Source of the DNA: a virus
Virus record (IMG/VR): IMGVR_UViG_3300045988_116799
Coordinates: 1-64,000 of that record
Strand: one strand, 5' to 3'
DNA length: 64,000 nucleotides
Below the pieces are notes generated by a model that worked only from the letters and a program-made list of their open reading frames with translations, was not told the origin of the DNA and ran no database searches. The position numbers and the translations under genes are program-made. Of the stretch, positions 8,931 to 17,813 are shown one piece after another; positions within the stretch are counted from its first letter, which is position 1; every line of letters begins with the position of its first letter.

Positions 8931-8954
8931 GGGAGTGAGAATATTCTTACTCCC
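8931..8954 (+). terminator. weak stem-loop after the RecT-like gene
   Basis: gggagtgag / cttactccc, imperfect 9-bp stem. Confidence 0.3.
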
Positions 8955-8975
8955 TTATTATATAAATATATTAAA

Positions 8976-9716
8976 ATGAACATAACAACTTTAGGAAGCG
9001 GTAGCTCTGGTAACGGATATGTAATCCAAAACAAGTCAGAAGCACTTATAATAGAATGTGGCATAAATTACAAGCATGCCGTTGAAGCCTTAAAAGGCAA
9101 CGTTGGCAAAGTGAGTGGCTGTCTTGTTACTCATAGTCATAGCGACCATGCAGGTTTTATAAAAAATTACGCCAAAGTCTTTAATGTATATGCGACAGAA
9201 GAAACACTTCAAGAATGCGATATAAAACCGAACACTTTTCATTTCTGTCCTATACCTTTATTTAAAGAGTTTAAGGTCGGTAATTTTGTCGTTAAAGCGT
9301 TTGATACGGAACACGACACGAAAGCACCGTGTGGTTTTATTATCTTTCATAAAGAAATGGGAACAATGCTGTTCCTTACGGACACCCATCATATAAAATA
9401 TAAGTTTGACTTCCCTATAGATTACATATTTATCGAGTGCAATCATACCGACGAGCTTGTTGAAAACAGTATTAAGGATGGTATCATTCCTCGCAAGGTA
9501 GGTATACGAGCTAAAGCAACACACATGAGCCTTGAAAGATGCATCTGTTGTCTTAAAGCAAGCAACACGCACAACACAAAGGCTATTGTTCTTATTCATA
9601 TTTCTGCAAACAACGGTGATAGTGAGATGTTTCGGAAGATAGTTGCACAACAAATAGGAAAACCCACATATTGCGCAACAAAAGGCTTTAAACTTGATTT
9701 TGTTGTCAATATATAG
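8976..9716 (+). CDS. MBL-fold metallo-hydrolase
   Basis: HSHSDHAG (HxHxDH) motif and the N-terminal ITTLGSGSSGNG beta-lactamase-fold start. Confidence 0.85.
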   Translation: MNITTLGSGSSGNGYVIQNKSEALIIECGINYKHAVEALKGNVGKVSGCLVTHSHSDHAGFIKNYAKVFNVYATEETLQECDIKPNTFHFCPIPLFKEFKVGNFVVKAFDTEHDTKAPCGFIIFHKEMGTMLFLTDTHHIKYKFDFPIDYIFIECNHTDELVENSIKDGIIPRKVGIRAKATHMSLERCICCLKASNTHNTKAIVLIHISANNGDSEMFRKIVAQQIGKPTYCATKGFKLDFVVNI

Positions 9717-9751
9717 CTAACTCTTGTACTCCAGTACGATAAAACACAACA

Positions 9752-9784
9752 AAGGAGAAGGTTTCACAATAAAGCCTTCTCCTT
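9752..9784. terminator. bidirectional terminator between convergent operons
   Basis: aaggagaagg / ccttctcctt, 10-bp stem with 13-nt loop, flanked by A and T runs. Confidence 0.6.
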
Positions 9785-9793
9785 TTGCATATG

Positions 9794-10282
9794 CTATATG
9801 TTACCTAACACCTTCCATGCCTTCTCACCCTTGAATGGCGTGTCATCATCATTTAGCCAATTTACCGTTATCTCGCAGAATTTCAACAACATTATACACC
9901 AATCTTCATTACGCCACCACGAAAAAAGAAGATTGTGATAATCGGCAATGATATTATTAAGTACTACAGAAAAGTCATATAGATTATAACCTTTAATTTG
10001 CGGTTTGTATTCTTCGTACAGTTCCGCACACTCACGCTCCGATACGAAAGGTGCATGTATAATACAACCGTCAGTCGTTGTATAATACATCTGCGAAATA
10101 CGCTGCTTTGCGCTGTAGGCATCAAAATGATTGCCCACAATAGCCTTTCGTATAGTTGACCTTAAGGCTGTTTTTTCGTCATCGTTTAAACGTTCGTCGA
10201 GTATCGCTGTAATAGTAGCGATAACATTGTTCTTTGCCTGTTCGTTTTTGCAAGCATAAACTTCGTTAAATAAGTCTGTCAT
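9794..10282 (-). CDS. hypothetical protein
   Basis: ORF track; last gene of the leftward arm. Confidence 0.6.
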   Translation of the reverse strand: MTDLFNEVYACKNEQAKNNVIATITAILDERLNDDEKTALRSTIRKAIVGNHFDAYSAKQRISQMYYTTTDGCIIHAPFVSERECAELYEEYKPQIKGYNLYDFSVVLNNIIADYHNLLFSWWRNEDWCIMLLKFCEITVNWLNDDDTPFKGEKAWKVLGNI

Positions 10283-10308
10283 AATGCAATAGGTTTTTTA
10301 TGTTTATG

Positions 10309-10686
10309 TTATAAAGAATTGAATATTTTTTCACAAAGCTCACCCATGATATAGCACGGATGTTCGCTCTGCATTTCTATTCCGTCATTATCGCAGATGT
10401 GCGCTACAACATGAAGAAGCTCATGTCCTATAGTGTTCACCAAGCTCCCTTTGTTGTCAGAAGCGCCAACTGCGACAACACTCTCTCGTTTTCCTACATT
10501 AGAGTAGGTTAGCCCTCGTTCATTGCTCGCCAATGATAGATGCCTGTATGCCGTTTCAAGAGAGTGACCATTACAGCCTATACCCTCTAAAGCATGGCAT
10601 ATCTCATCAGCATCGTCGGCTGTATACCCGATGAAACACGTAACGCTCCACTTATACTGCACCAAGTGAATCTCACGCTTTATCAT
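10309..10686 (-). CDS. small HExxH-motif protein (putative Zn-metallopeptidase-like)
   Basis: GHELLHVVAH motif. Start set at MIKREIH, where ATGA overlaps the upstream stop. Confidence 0.55.
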   Translation of the reverse strand: MIKREIHLVQYKWSVTCFIGYTADDADEICHALEGIGCNGHSLETAYRHLSLASNERGLTYSNVGKRESVVAVGASDNKGSLVNTIGHELLHVVAHICDNDGIEMQSEHPCYIMGELCEKIFNSL

Positions 10687-11111
10687 AGCAAATCTTCCCA
10701 AGGAATAGGCATACCATTGTGGCAGCAATCAGCATAAAAGCGGTTGAACACAAAACCGTCCTTTTGGTCTACATCGTCTATTGTGTCCTTTACATATTGC
10801 GCCAAGCTCGCTTCGTCCTTTATGGACTTGCCCCAAAAGTCAGCCTTACACATGTTTGCTACATACACATGGTCATAGCCGACAAGGTTTTCAAGAGTCA
10901 GTCCATTTGTCTGCATCATTTCCTCTACCTTGTCCTTGCTTATAGGCTCAATCGGCTCTTCTTTACCGCTCGCCTTGTTAACCTTGCGCATCCGACCGAC
11001 CGCCCACTCGCACATCTTCTTGTTGAAATGATAGCCGTTATATCTGAGATAAGCTATCATTCCTTCTGGCTTCAAATCGTAGACATCTAAAGGCATTTTA
11101 CATTTTCCCAT
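10683..11111 (-). CDS. hypothetical protein
   Basis: ORF track, ATG start. Confidence 0.6.
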   Translation of the reverse strand: MGKCKMPLDVYDLKPEGMIAYLRYNGYHFNKKMCEWAVGRMRKVNKASGKEEPIEPISKDKVEEMMQTNGLTLENLVGYDHVYVANMCKADFWGKSIKDEASLAQYVKDTIDDVDQKDGFVFNRFYADCCHNGMPIPWEDLL

Positions 11112-11167
11112 AGTCTTTCCTTGTTAATACAGGTAGGAAACAGTATTCCCTACCTGTCGGTTATTAC

Positions 11168-11434
11168 TTAGTAGCGTCTGCCACCATAGTAGCCGCCACC
11201 ATAACGCTCTCCGTAACGTCCTTCATCGTCGTAGTCCATGCCACGCTCATAGCGTCTTCGCTCGTCACGACCCATGTCTCGATAGTCCGGCATAGGCGAA
11301 CGCTCGCCCATACGACCGTCACCATGTTTCAAACTTTCAATGCAGGACATTACCTTGCCGCCGTATTTAAGCATCTTCTCGGCATTCTCCACAAGCTCGT
11401 CAAACTTGTTTTCTGTTATCTCAACCATATACAT
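11168..11434 (-). CDS. hypothetical protein with Arg/Gly/Tyr-rich tail
   Basis: ORF track; C-terminus GRYGERYGGGYYGGRRY. Confidence 0.55.
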   Translation of the reverse strand: MYMVEITENKFDELVENAEKMLKYGGKVMSCIESLKHGDGRMGERSPMPDYRDMGRDERRRYERGMDYDDEGRYGERYGGGYYGGRRY

Positions 11435-11445
11435 AATGTTCAGTA

Positions 11446-11967
11446 TTAAGTGTTTCCGTTCGACTTCTTGTTCAAGGCTCTTTGCAGCATAGTCTCTATA
11501 TTAGACAATGTGCCTTTCATGCCGCTCACATCGGCTTCAAGATTACCTATCCTCTGTTCCTGCGCCTTTTCCTTGGCTATCTGCGGATTGAGGATGCCCA
11601 ACATCTGCTCACAGTTCTTTACCACTTTCTCATGGTAGTCCTTACTGTCAAGCACCTCCTTTGAGTGTCTGAACATCGCTTCTACCTCTGCGCTCATAGC
11701 CTCACGGCTCTCAGATACAACGAGGTCTCCCGAGTTAGCAATCTGTCCGTTCGATGGCAATTGCTTAAACTCCGCCTCACCATCTGGCATCTTGACCTTT
11801 ACATCTACCGTTGTTTCCATTGGCTGCGGATTAAACTGCCCAGGCTGATACGAAGGAAACTTGGGTTGCGGATTGCTCACGCTTACCACTTGCCCTATTT
11901 TCAGTGTCGGTTCTCCCGACTTGTCAAGCACATAAAATATGCTATTTGGTCTTAGTCCTTGAAACAT
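11446..11967 (-). CDS. hypothetical protein
   Basis: ORF track; C-terminal coiled-coil-like segment. Confidence 0.6.
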   Translation of the reverse strand: MFQGLRPNSIFYVLDKSGEPTLKIGQVVSVSNPQPKFPSYQPGQFNPQPMETTVDVKVKMPDGEAEFKQLPSNGQIANSGDLVVSESREAMSAEVEAMFRHSKEVLDSKDYHEKVVKNCEQMLGILNPQIAKEKAQEQRIGNLEADVSGMKGTLSNIETMLQRALNKKSNGNT

Positions 11968-11987
11968 AGAAGTCGAATTTTAACTTG

Positions 11988-12332
11988 TTATACAATACCC
12001 GTCATCAACTGAAGGGTGTTAGTGTCTCTCTCGAACCACAACTGATATACACCAGTTCCGGCTACATCGGCAACGGTCAGTGCTGCTCCGTTGAACTTGG
12101 TAACTGCCTGTGTCGTGCCGTTGGTCTCAAAGAGGATTGGCAGCGTGGTCGTTGTACCTGTCGGTATAGCCTGTAGCAGATTGACGAAAATCGTTCCTCT
12201 GTAGTTGGCATTCACGAAGGCGTGGTTCTTAAAGGTAAACACCACGTTGTCAGTATTCACCTTGACACTCGTTGAGCCTATCGCTGCAGAACCTCTTCTA
12301 TTGACCCATGAAAAAGGATAGCCCCAAATCAT
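11988..12332 (-). CDS. hypothetical beta-rich protein
   Basis: ORF track. TGVYQLWFERD and the overall Thr/Asn/Val-rich pattern suggest a jelly-roll (C1q/BclA-like) fold; this is only an impression. Confidence 0.55.
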   Translation of the reverse strand: MIWGYPFSWVNRRGSAAIGSTSVKVNTDNVVFTFKNHAFVNANYRGTIFVNLLQAIPTGTTTTLPILFETNGTTQAVTKFNGAALTVADVAGTGVYQLWFERDTNTLQLMTGIV

Positions 12333-12350
12333 AGTCTTGTCCTCCTTTCT

Positions 12351-13352
12351 TTAAGTCCAGAAGCTAGCACCATTCACGGCATTAAAACCATACAGTCCCA
12401 TCTGAGCTGCTACACAGTTAGGAACGGCTGTAAAGGGGCTGTAAGCAACAGTCGCTGTCTCGGGCAATTTGCACTTGATTCCTGCTACTTCTTGCTGCAG
12501 ACCTGTCAATACGGCATTGATAGGTGCTATAGCCTGACCTACAATCTGCGAAGTCATGGCTGAAGATTTGAAGGTGCTGTTCTCTTCACGCAGAGCGTCT
12601 ATCTTGTTCTGCATCTCGCGCATCTCAGCCTGCTTCTGACCGTTTACGATGGTCTGGGTGCTATCCTTAATGGCGTTGTGCAAGTCGCAAGTCTGACGCT
12701 GCGTCTCGTAAGCAACATTAGAGAAACCACGCTCCTGACCAACAGCCACGTTGTTGATAGCGTTCGTCAAAGCTCCCGTCTGCTGACACATTGCCAGCTT
12801 CACGTTACCGTCCATTGCGGTAATGGCGTTGTTGGTCTTGCAGCAACACTCAGCCAACTGTGTGGCAATAGCGTTGTTACCCTGCATGAGAGCGGTGATT
12901 ATCTGATTGGTATTCAACCCCATCTGATTACCGATGTTGCATACCTGCTGACCCAAGCTGTTGATAGCAGCCATTACAGCATCGCTCGAAGTGTTGAGGG
13001 CTGTTGCCAAGCTCTGAACATCATAGCCATTGCGCTGAACAGCTTGCATGATAACAGCTGTGTTCGCATCGTTGTTAATCATTGGCACAACGCCACCCTG
13101 TCCGTTAGGCATCATGCCGCCGCCAAAACCGCCGCCAAAGAAGTTACCTCTACCCATGAGGATAAACAGAAGCAAGATAGCGAACAGATTTTCACCCCAA
13201 CCATTGCCGTTGCTCTTGCCGTTGCAAAGGGCAAACAAGCTTGGGTCTACGCCCTGCTTCTGCATGAGTGCTGGGAGCATAGCCAAAATGCTATTAAGAC
13301 CGCCACCAGTACCAGGACCATTCTCTCCGAATACGTAAGTTTTACTCTCCAT
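12351..13352 (-). CDS. Gly-rich, Cys-containing protein with one hydrophobic segment
   Basis: ORF track; GGGFGGG and LFAILLLFILMG near the N-terminus, Asn/Ala/Gln-rich repeats with a CCC cluster, then a coiled coil. Confidence 0.65.
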   Translation of the reverse strand: MESKTYVFGENGPGTGGGLNSILAMLPALMQKQGVDPSLFALCNGKSNGNGWGENLFAILLLFILMGRGNFFGGGFGGGMMPNGQGGVVPMINNDANTAVIMQAVQRNGYDVQSLATALNTSSDAVMAAINSLGQQVCNIGNQMGLNTNQIITALMQGNNAIATQLAECCCKTNNAITAMDGNVKLAMCQQTGALTNAINNVAVGQERGFSNVAYETQRQTCDLHNAIKDSTQTIVNGQKQAEMREMQNKIDALREENSTFKSSAMTSQIVGQAIAPINAVLTGLQQEVAGIKCKLPETATVAYSPFTAVPNCVAAQMGLYGFNAVNGASFWT

Positions 13353-13417
13353 AATAACAATCTTTTTTCAGTTTTTACCTTAATAGATTTACTAACACTA
13401 TTGTAACGTTACAGACA

Positions 13418-13425
13418 CAAAATTA
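13418..13425 (-). promoter_or_regulatory. -7 box TAATTTTG for the 12351..13352 operon
   Basis: The reverse complement of caaaatta fits TAnnTTTG, about 65 nt upstream of the ATG. Confidence 0.4.
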
Positions 13426-13457
13426 GCGTGTTACGACAAATAAAGCCATAACACGCT
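13425..13457. terminator. stem-loop between two leftward units
   Basis: agcgtgtta / taacacgct, 9-bp stem with 15-nt loop, T runs on both sides. Confidence 0.45.
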
Positions 13458-13511
13458 CACACTTTTTATTATCCCTTGTAAATCAGTTATTTAGGTTGAT
13501 AGCATATACTA

Positions 13512-13859
13512 TCATTTCTTATGGGTCTTTCTTATAAACGGCAGTATGTCCCATTTCTTCCACCATCTAACATGACCTCCTACGTCTTGCTGTCCGTTTG
13601 GAATATCTCCTCTTTTTACCATTCTGTTGAGTGTAGCTTCACTGACACCAAGCTTACGTTGTACTTCTTCTTTAGACATCATAGGATTCATCAGATTCGG
13701 AAGATAGTCTTCGCATAATTCTTCTATATCTTCATCTGACATTCCACAAGCTGTTACCTTTTCTCCGTTTTTCTGTTGTTCCCACGCTTTCATACAGCTC
13801 TCATACAGAGATTTCAGAATTTGAGCCAAGGTGTAGTAATTAAAAACTTTCCTTTTCAT
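13512..13859 (-). CDS. AlpA/excisionase-type HTH protein
   Basis: SKEEVQRKLGVSEATLNRMVKRGDIPNG...RWWKKWDILPFI. Confidence 0.6.
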   Translation of the reverse strand: MKRKVFNYYTLAQILKSLYESCMKAWEQQKNGEKVTACGMSDEDIEELCEDYLPNLMNPMMSKEEVQRKLGVSEATLNRMVKRGDIPNGQQDVGGHVRWWKKWDILPFIRKTHKK

Positions 13860-13870
13860 ATTTTTCGCAT

Positions 13871-14377
13871 TTAGAAGAAAATTCTTTTGCCTATCCTTGT
13901 TCTTGTTAAGAACCAGTCAATCGTCCAATACAGGTAGAATACTCCTGTCATCACTATTATAGACATACATGACATTACCATTTCATTTGTGGTATACCAC
14001 GACCAGTACGTAAGGTGTATTGCATTGACACCGAAGTAGTAAAAGAACGGAATCCTGTACACCCAACACAGCCAGAAGAATCTACTGAATAGTATAAGCA
14101 AAATCGGCAGCACATACAGTAACACATATATAAATGTGTAGCTGGGCCAATGCTCTGAATGCACGATAAACATTTCTCGTGGATTTTGCGAGAAGTCCCA
14201 CATAGCAAAGCTGTGCCACACCATTATACATATAGGTAGCCATTTAGTTATCCATTTAATAAATTTCAACAGCCTTCTTGAATAGCTGTTGCCGCTCATA
14301 ATTAACAGCGAGATTACCTCGCTCACGTCCATTCCATCCATGACAGAAAGGAGTGTCTTTTTCTTTTCATCTGTCAT
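13871..14377 (-). CDS. multi-pass membrane protein
   Basis: ORF track; four to five long hydrophobic segments rich in Trp, Tyr and Phe. Confidence 0.65.
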   Translation of the reverse strand: MTDEKKKTLLSVMDGMDVSEVISLLIMSGNSYSRRLLKFIKWITKWLPICIMVWHSFAMWDFSQNPREMFIVHSEHWPSYTFIYVLLYVLPILLILFSRFFWLCWVYRIPFFYYFGVNAIHLTYWSWYTTNEMVMSCMSIIVMTGVFYLYWTIDWFLTRTRIGKRIFF

Positions 14378-14406
14378 AATCGTTTTGTTTATTATCTGAC
14401 ATCGTG

Positions 14407-14414
14407 CAAATATA
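14407..14414 (-). promoter_or_regulatory. -7 box TATATTTG
   Basis: The reverse complement of caaatata, about 30 nt upstream of the 14377 start. Confidence 0.4.
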
Positions 14415-14534
14415 ACAAAAAATGTCAGAATGCAGTTATTTTGATTGTTAATTTTTCGAATTGTTAGTATATACTTGATTTATGTGATAAAAAAATACAC
14501 AAAAGAGGTTTATTGTAACAATTTGGAAATAAAA

Positions 14535-14565
14535 GCCTTGCCTATCTATCACAGACAAGCAAGGC
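14535..14565 (-). terminator. terminator ending the lysis region
   Basis: gccttgc / gcaaggc stem followed on the - strand by TTTTATTT. Confidence 0.5.
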
Positions 14566-14599
14566 ACATCCTAAAACAATCTAATTACCTAAAACATAC

Positions 14600-14758
14600 C
14601 TAATTATTCCTTTTTTCAGTTGTTAAGCGTTTCTTAATAACTGAATGTTTCTTGTCAGTTGTCAAATTATCTTTGACAACTTGGCTATTTTCATACTTTG
14701 GCATAAATGCCGAGATAACAGCAAAGATACCAAAAAATATCAATATTACGTATTTCAT
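14600..14758 (-). CDS. small secreted or membrane-anchored protein (52 aa)
   Basis: MKYVILIFFGIFAVISAF signal-like N-terminus; the internal Met of ORF 14600..14797 was chosen. Confidence 0.4.
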   Translation of the reverse strand: MKYVILIFFGIFAVISAFMPKYENSQVVKDNLTTDKKHSVIKKRLTTEKRNN

Positions 14759-14759
14759 A

Positions 14760-15260
14760 TTACTTACCGAATGAAAATAGTTTATACCCGACACCAACGC
14801 CTATATAAGGCTGTAAGCCGTTATAGGGAGTAAGCCCATAGCCAATGTTTAAGCTAATCACAAACCTATTAGGAGGTTCTTTTATTATCTTGCTTACCGT
14901 CACCACCTCTCGTTTCTTATACACCCTTATACTATCCAATGATGGTTCATATCCGCTCACCCAGGCAGTATAGGTGCTGTCGCAATACTGTTTCTGAATG
15001 ATAGGTATATTAACACCAGCACTATCTATACAGATAGGGTGCACTGTATCATGTACAATAGGCAGTTTCTTGGTCACATACCTCACCACCACGCTGTCCC
15101 TCGCTACAGGCTTCATGTAGGGGACAGTGTCCACCACCGTCACCCTCGTTGTGTCCGTTTTTATCCGCCCTTCTATCCGCCCTTTGCCATTTTCGCAGTA
15201 TAAAAGCCAATTCAGGCACAGCGAACACACCAGCACAAAGCACACAATCCACTTTTTCAT
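14760..15260 (-). CDS. exported protein, possible spanin-type component
   Basis: MKKWIVCFVLVCSLCLNWLLYC signal/lipobox-like start; lies in the lysis region. Confidence 0.55.
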   Translation of the reverse strand: MKKWIVCFVLVCSLCLNWLLYCENGKGRIEGRIKTDTTRVTVVDTVPYMKPVARDSVVVRYVTKKLPIVHDTVHPICIDSAGVNIPIIQKQYCDSTYTAWVSGYEPSLDSIRVYKKREVVTVSKIIKEPPNRFVISLNIGYGLTPYNGLQPYIGVGVGYKLFSFGK

Positions 15261-15269
15261 ACCTTCTGA

Positions 15270-15656
15270 TTAATAACCATTTTGTGGGTCACGTTTCATG
15301 CAACCCTTAATTACACACTTATAGCGCTGTAGTTCAAGTTCTAACTGCGCCTTTTCCTTATTTATCTGCAAAATATCTAAATTCTGCTTTCTCACCAAAT
15401 CGGTCTGTTCTGCAAACCGTTGCTCTTTCTCTTTGAGCTGTGTTTGCAAAAAGTCCATAGCCTCTCGTAAAACGTTAAATTCCACGTTGTCGGCTTCGGC
15501 TTCCTCCTTTCGGCGGTTGGTCTTTCTGTTCATGCAGTACTTAATCATTTCCCAACCACCCAAAGCAGTTATGACCGATACTACAATTTCTACTACTTGC
15601 ATATTCTCCATTCCTTTTTCTAAATGATTAATTATTAATGTCATTCCCTCTGCCAC
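15270..15656 (-). CDS. membrane-anchored coiled-coil protein (holin/spanin-like position)
   Basis: Hydrophobic VVEIVVSVITALGGW segment followed by a coiled coil; directly downstream of the endolysin. Confidence 0.55.
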   Translation of the reverse strand: MAEGMTLIINHLEKGMENMQVVEIVVSVITALGGWEMIKYCMNRKTNRRKEEAEADNVEFNVLREAMDFLQTQLKEKEQRFAEQTDLVRKQNLDILQINKEKAQLELELQRYKCVIKGCMKRDPQNGY

Positions 15657-15675
15657 ACCTACACCATTCTAACTC

Positions 15676-16239
15676 TCACTTGCATATCCCCAACGCTCTC
15701 TTCGCTCTCGCCAGATACCCGCACCGTTCCTTCAATCCGTTCTGACCGCCGTTTATCTTCTTCGTGATTTTCACCACGTCGTCGTTGTCTGCAAGTATGT
15801 TCAGACCGTGCGTCTTCCACCACCACATCGAGCTTTTCACCGCACCCAAAGGCTTCTCCAGCAGCTCAGGATTCGCCATCACGTCGCCCTTGCAGTAAGC
15901 TGAGCGGTTATAAGCGTCATAATTCGAGCGTCCAGTAATCTGAATCAGACCCCTGCCACGGTACTTGTAGCCGTCGCCGTCCCTCTGTGGAGTGTTCCCA
16001 AGCATCTTCGCCAGTTTCCCCGTATCGTACTTGTCAAAGTAGCCCTTGCTGCCCTGTTCCACCGTCCACCTCAGCTCACCGCTCTCATGTGCTATCTGAG
16101 CCAAGTAGTGAGCCATGCGCAGATAAGTGTCAATCTCGAACACTTCCGCATAGCTGTTGATATACGAGAGGAATTTGTCAATCCTGCTCGCAGCTGTAGG
16201 CATAATCTGCAACAGCTGCACCTTAGTAACCTTTACCAT
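15676..16239 (-). CDS. GH19-type endolysin
   Basis: AHYLAQIAHESGELRW and YRGRGLIQITGRSNY motifs of glycoside hydrolase family 19 lysozymes. Confidence 0.85.
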   Translation of the reverse strand: MVKVTKVQLLQIMPTAASRIDKFLSYINSYAEVFEIDTYLRMAHYLAQIAHESGELRWTVEQGSKGYFDKYDTGKLAKMLGNTPQRDGDGYKYRGRGLIQITGRSNYDAYNRSAYCKGDVMANPELLEKPLGAVKSSMWWWKTHGLNILADNDDVVKITKKINGGQNGLKERCGYLARAKRALGICK

Positions 16240-16261
16240 TCTCTTTTCTTTTTTAAATATT

Positions 16262-16594
16262 TCACTTTTTTACTATATATTCTCTCCATGCATATTTGTT
16301 CCTCAGATCCAAATATATCAAGTTAGGCTCGTAAGTGTATGCCTCCCTTTCGAAAGAGACGGCTCTGTAAGCCTTGTGGCAGTCTCTGAGCATTGCCAAC
16401 TTGATTAGCCACTCCACCAGATACCAAACGTAATACAACACATACCCCATTTCCTTCATCTGGGCAGTATGTATCATTTCGTGGTTGATGTCCGTCTCCC
16501 TCATCGTGCATCCCTTGCGCACGAACAGCACTCCAAACAGGTTAATCGCCTTGAAGCCCGGAAAGGGAATGATGCTGTTATATATCACCTTCAT
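16262..16594 (-). CDS. small HExxH-motif protein
   Basis: INHEMIHTAQM motif; ORF track. Confidence 0.55.
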   Translation of the reverse strand: MKVIYNSIIPFPGFKAINLFGVLFVRKGCTMRETDINHEMIHTAQMKEMGYVLYYVWYLVEWLIKLAMLRDCHKAYRAVSFEREAYTYEPNLIYLDLRNKYAWREYIVKK

Positions 16595-16595
16595 A

Positions 16596-16651
16596 ACTCA
16601 ACATTTAACATTTAACATTTAACACTCAACATTTAACATCCAACACTTACC
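16596..16651. repeat. tandem heptamer array (8 units: ACTCAAC, ATTTAAC x3, ACTCAAC, ATTTAAC, ATCCAAC, ACTTACC)
   Basis: Read directly; fills the whole spacer between the stop at 16647 and the start at 16594. Confidence 0.85.
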
Positions 16652-17123
16652 CCACCGTGCTCCAATACGTCAGCAGCACCATCCATATCGCCGTCACCTC
16701 CGCCATAAGCCACGGATGGTCGTCCTCGCTCCTACATGCCCAGTACACTGCATACCACCCTAATAATGCAACCACAATCCTCCAGTTCACCGTAAGACAC
16801 CATCCGACGCTCGCCACAGCCGATATTATAGCACCCGTCTTATGCACCTTCCTCTCGCTCTCATCCAGGAACCTCGGCACAGCACCCACGAACATCAGCC
16901 CTGCACAAGCCAAGAAAGCAAGGCACTGCACACCCAGTCCGCTGTCAAGCAAGCACACCATCATCATTGCACCGAATGCAATCATCACCAGCTGAAACAC
17001 CCAACCTCTCTTGCCAAGCAAGTAGTAGATAGTGCTCACCATATCCGGCACACCGTACTTATTAATCACCACGCAGAGCATCGCTATAAACAGCAGCTCT
17101 GCAACAAAACTCAATACTACCAT
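16647..17123 (-). CDS. multi-pass membrane protein
   Basis: ORF track; about five hydrophobic segments. Confidence 0.65.
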   Translation of the reverse strand: MVVLSFVAELLFIAMLCVVINKYGVPDMVSTIYYLLGKRGWVFQLVMIAFGAMMMVCLLDSGLGVQCLAFLACAGLMFVGAVPRFLDESERKVHKTGAIISAVASVGWCLTVNWRIVVALLGWYAVYWACRSEDDHPWLMAEVTAIWMVLLTYWSTVG

Positions 17124-17126
17124 ATT

Positions 17127-17215
17127 CTTAAAGTTAAAAGTTAAAAGTGAAGAGTGAAAAATCCATGTGCTCTCTTAACTATCGGATTCTTCACTTTTCA
17201 CTCTTCGTTTTTCAC
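17127..17215. repeat. heptamer-built imperfect inverted repeat
   Basis: CTTAAAG, TTAAAAG, TTAAAAG, TGAAGAG, TGAAAAA on the left and YTTCACT-type units on the right. The arms around 17144-17164 and 17184-17204 pair imperfectly across a 19-nt centre. Confidence 0.7.
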
Positions 17216-17803
17216 TTAAACACTCATTTCCAGCATCTTTGGATAGCCTGCGGTATAATCATACCCAAGTACCTCCTCAACCGTGCTCATTTCCGCTACC
17301 GCCTTCTTGTGCGCAGCCGTAACGTTGAAGCACTCAAGGGCATACATCTCCAGTGCCGAGAGCAGCTGTATCGCCTTGTCGCACTCCACCACCAGCTTCA
17401 CATCGCCCAGCCACAGCGTCGTTGTAGCCTGTCCCATGGCCTTCGCAATGGTCGTCGAGTTCATCAGTCCTACACGCGTAGCCTTGTCGAGCCACACACG
17501 CTGTCCGTTGAGGATAAAGCCGTTGACGGCAGAAGACGTGTCATGCTTCTCAATCTCCGCAAGCACCATCTTCTGTGCGGCAGCAGTAAGAGCTGCCTCC
17601 GAAGTCATGCCGCCAGTCTCCAGGCGCACACCGTCATACACCCACACCTTGCGTTCCACCACAGCCCACATGTCTTTCAAGTCAGAACTAAAAGTTTCCG
17701 GACGTTCTATTTGCGTCTTCTCCTGACCGTTGATAAGCAGCAACACAACACCATCGCCAACAGTCAATCGTGGCTGTGCCTCGCTAAAATAATATTTCTC
17801 CAT
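17216..17803 (-). CDS. hypothetical protein, possibly a tail-fibre-associated (DUF4376-like) domain
   Basis: ATG at 17803 (the listed start is TTG at 17809). The pattern INGQ..WLDKATRVGL...LWLGD...AIQLLSALEMYALECFNVTAAHK...YDYTAGYP resembles DUF4376 from memory. Confidence 0.55.
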   Translation of the reverse strand: MEKYYFSEAQPRLTVGDGVVLLLINGQEKTQIERPETFSSDLKDMWAVVERKVWVYDGVRLETGGMTSEAALTAAAQKMVLAEIEKHDTSSAVNGFILNGQRVWLDKATRVGLMNSTTIAKAMGQATTTLWLGDVKLVVECDKAIQLLSALEMYALECFNVTAAHKKAVAEMSTVEEVLGYDYTAGYPKMLEMSV

Positions 17804-17813
17804 AATCAAAATA

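Noticed and set aside
16596-16651. The heptamer array as a CRISPR array or a tRNA-like element
   Set aside because: The units are 7 nt with no spacers and no cloverleaf potential. It is a simple tandem repeat.
17216-17803. The 197-aa protein after the RT as the DGR accessory protein (Avd)
   Set aside because: It is too long and its pattern looks like a tail-fibre-associated domain, not a small four-helix-bundle basic protein. It is left as hypothetical.
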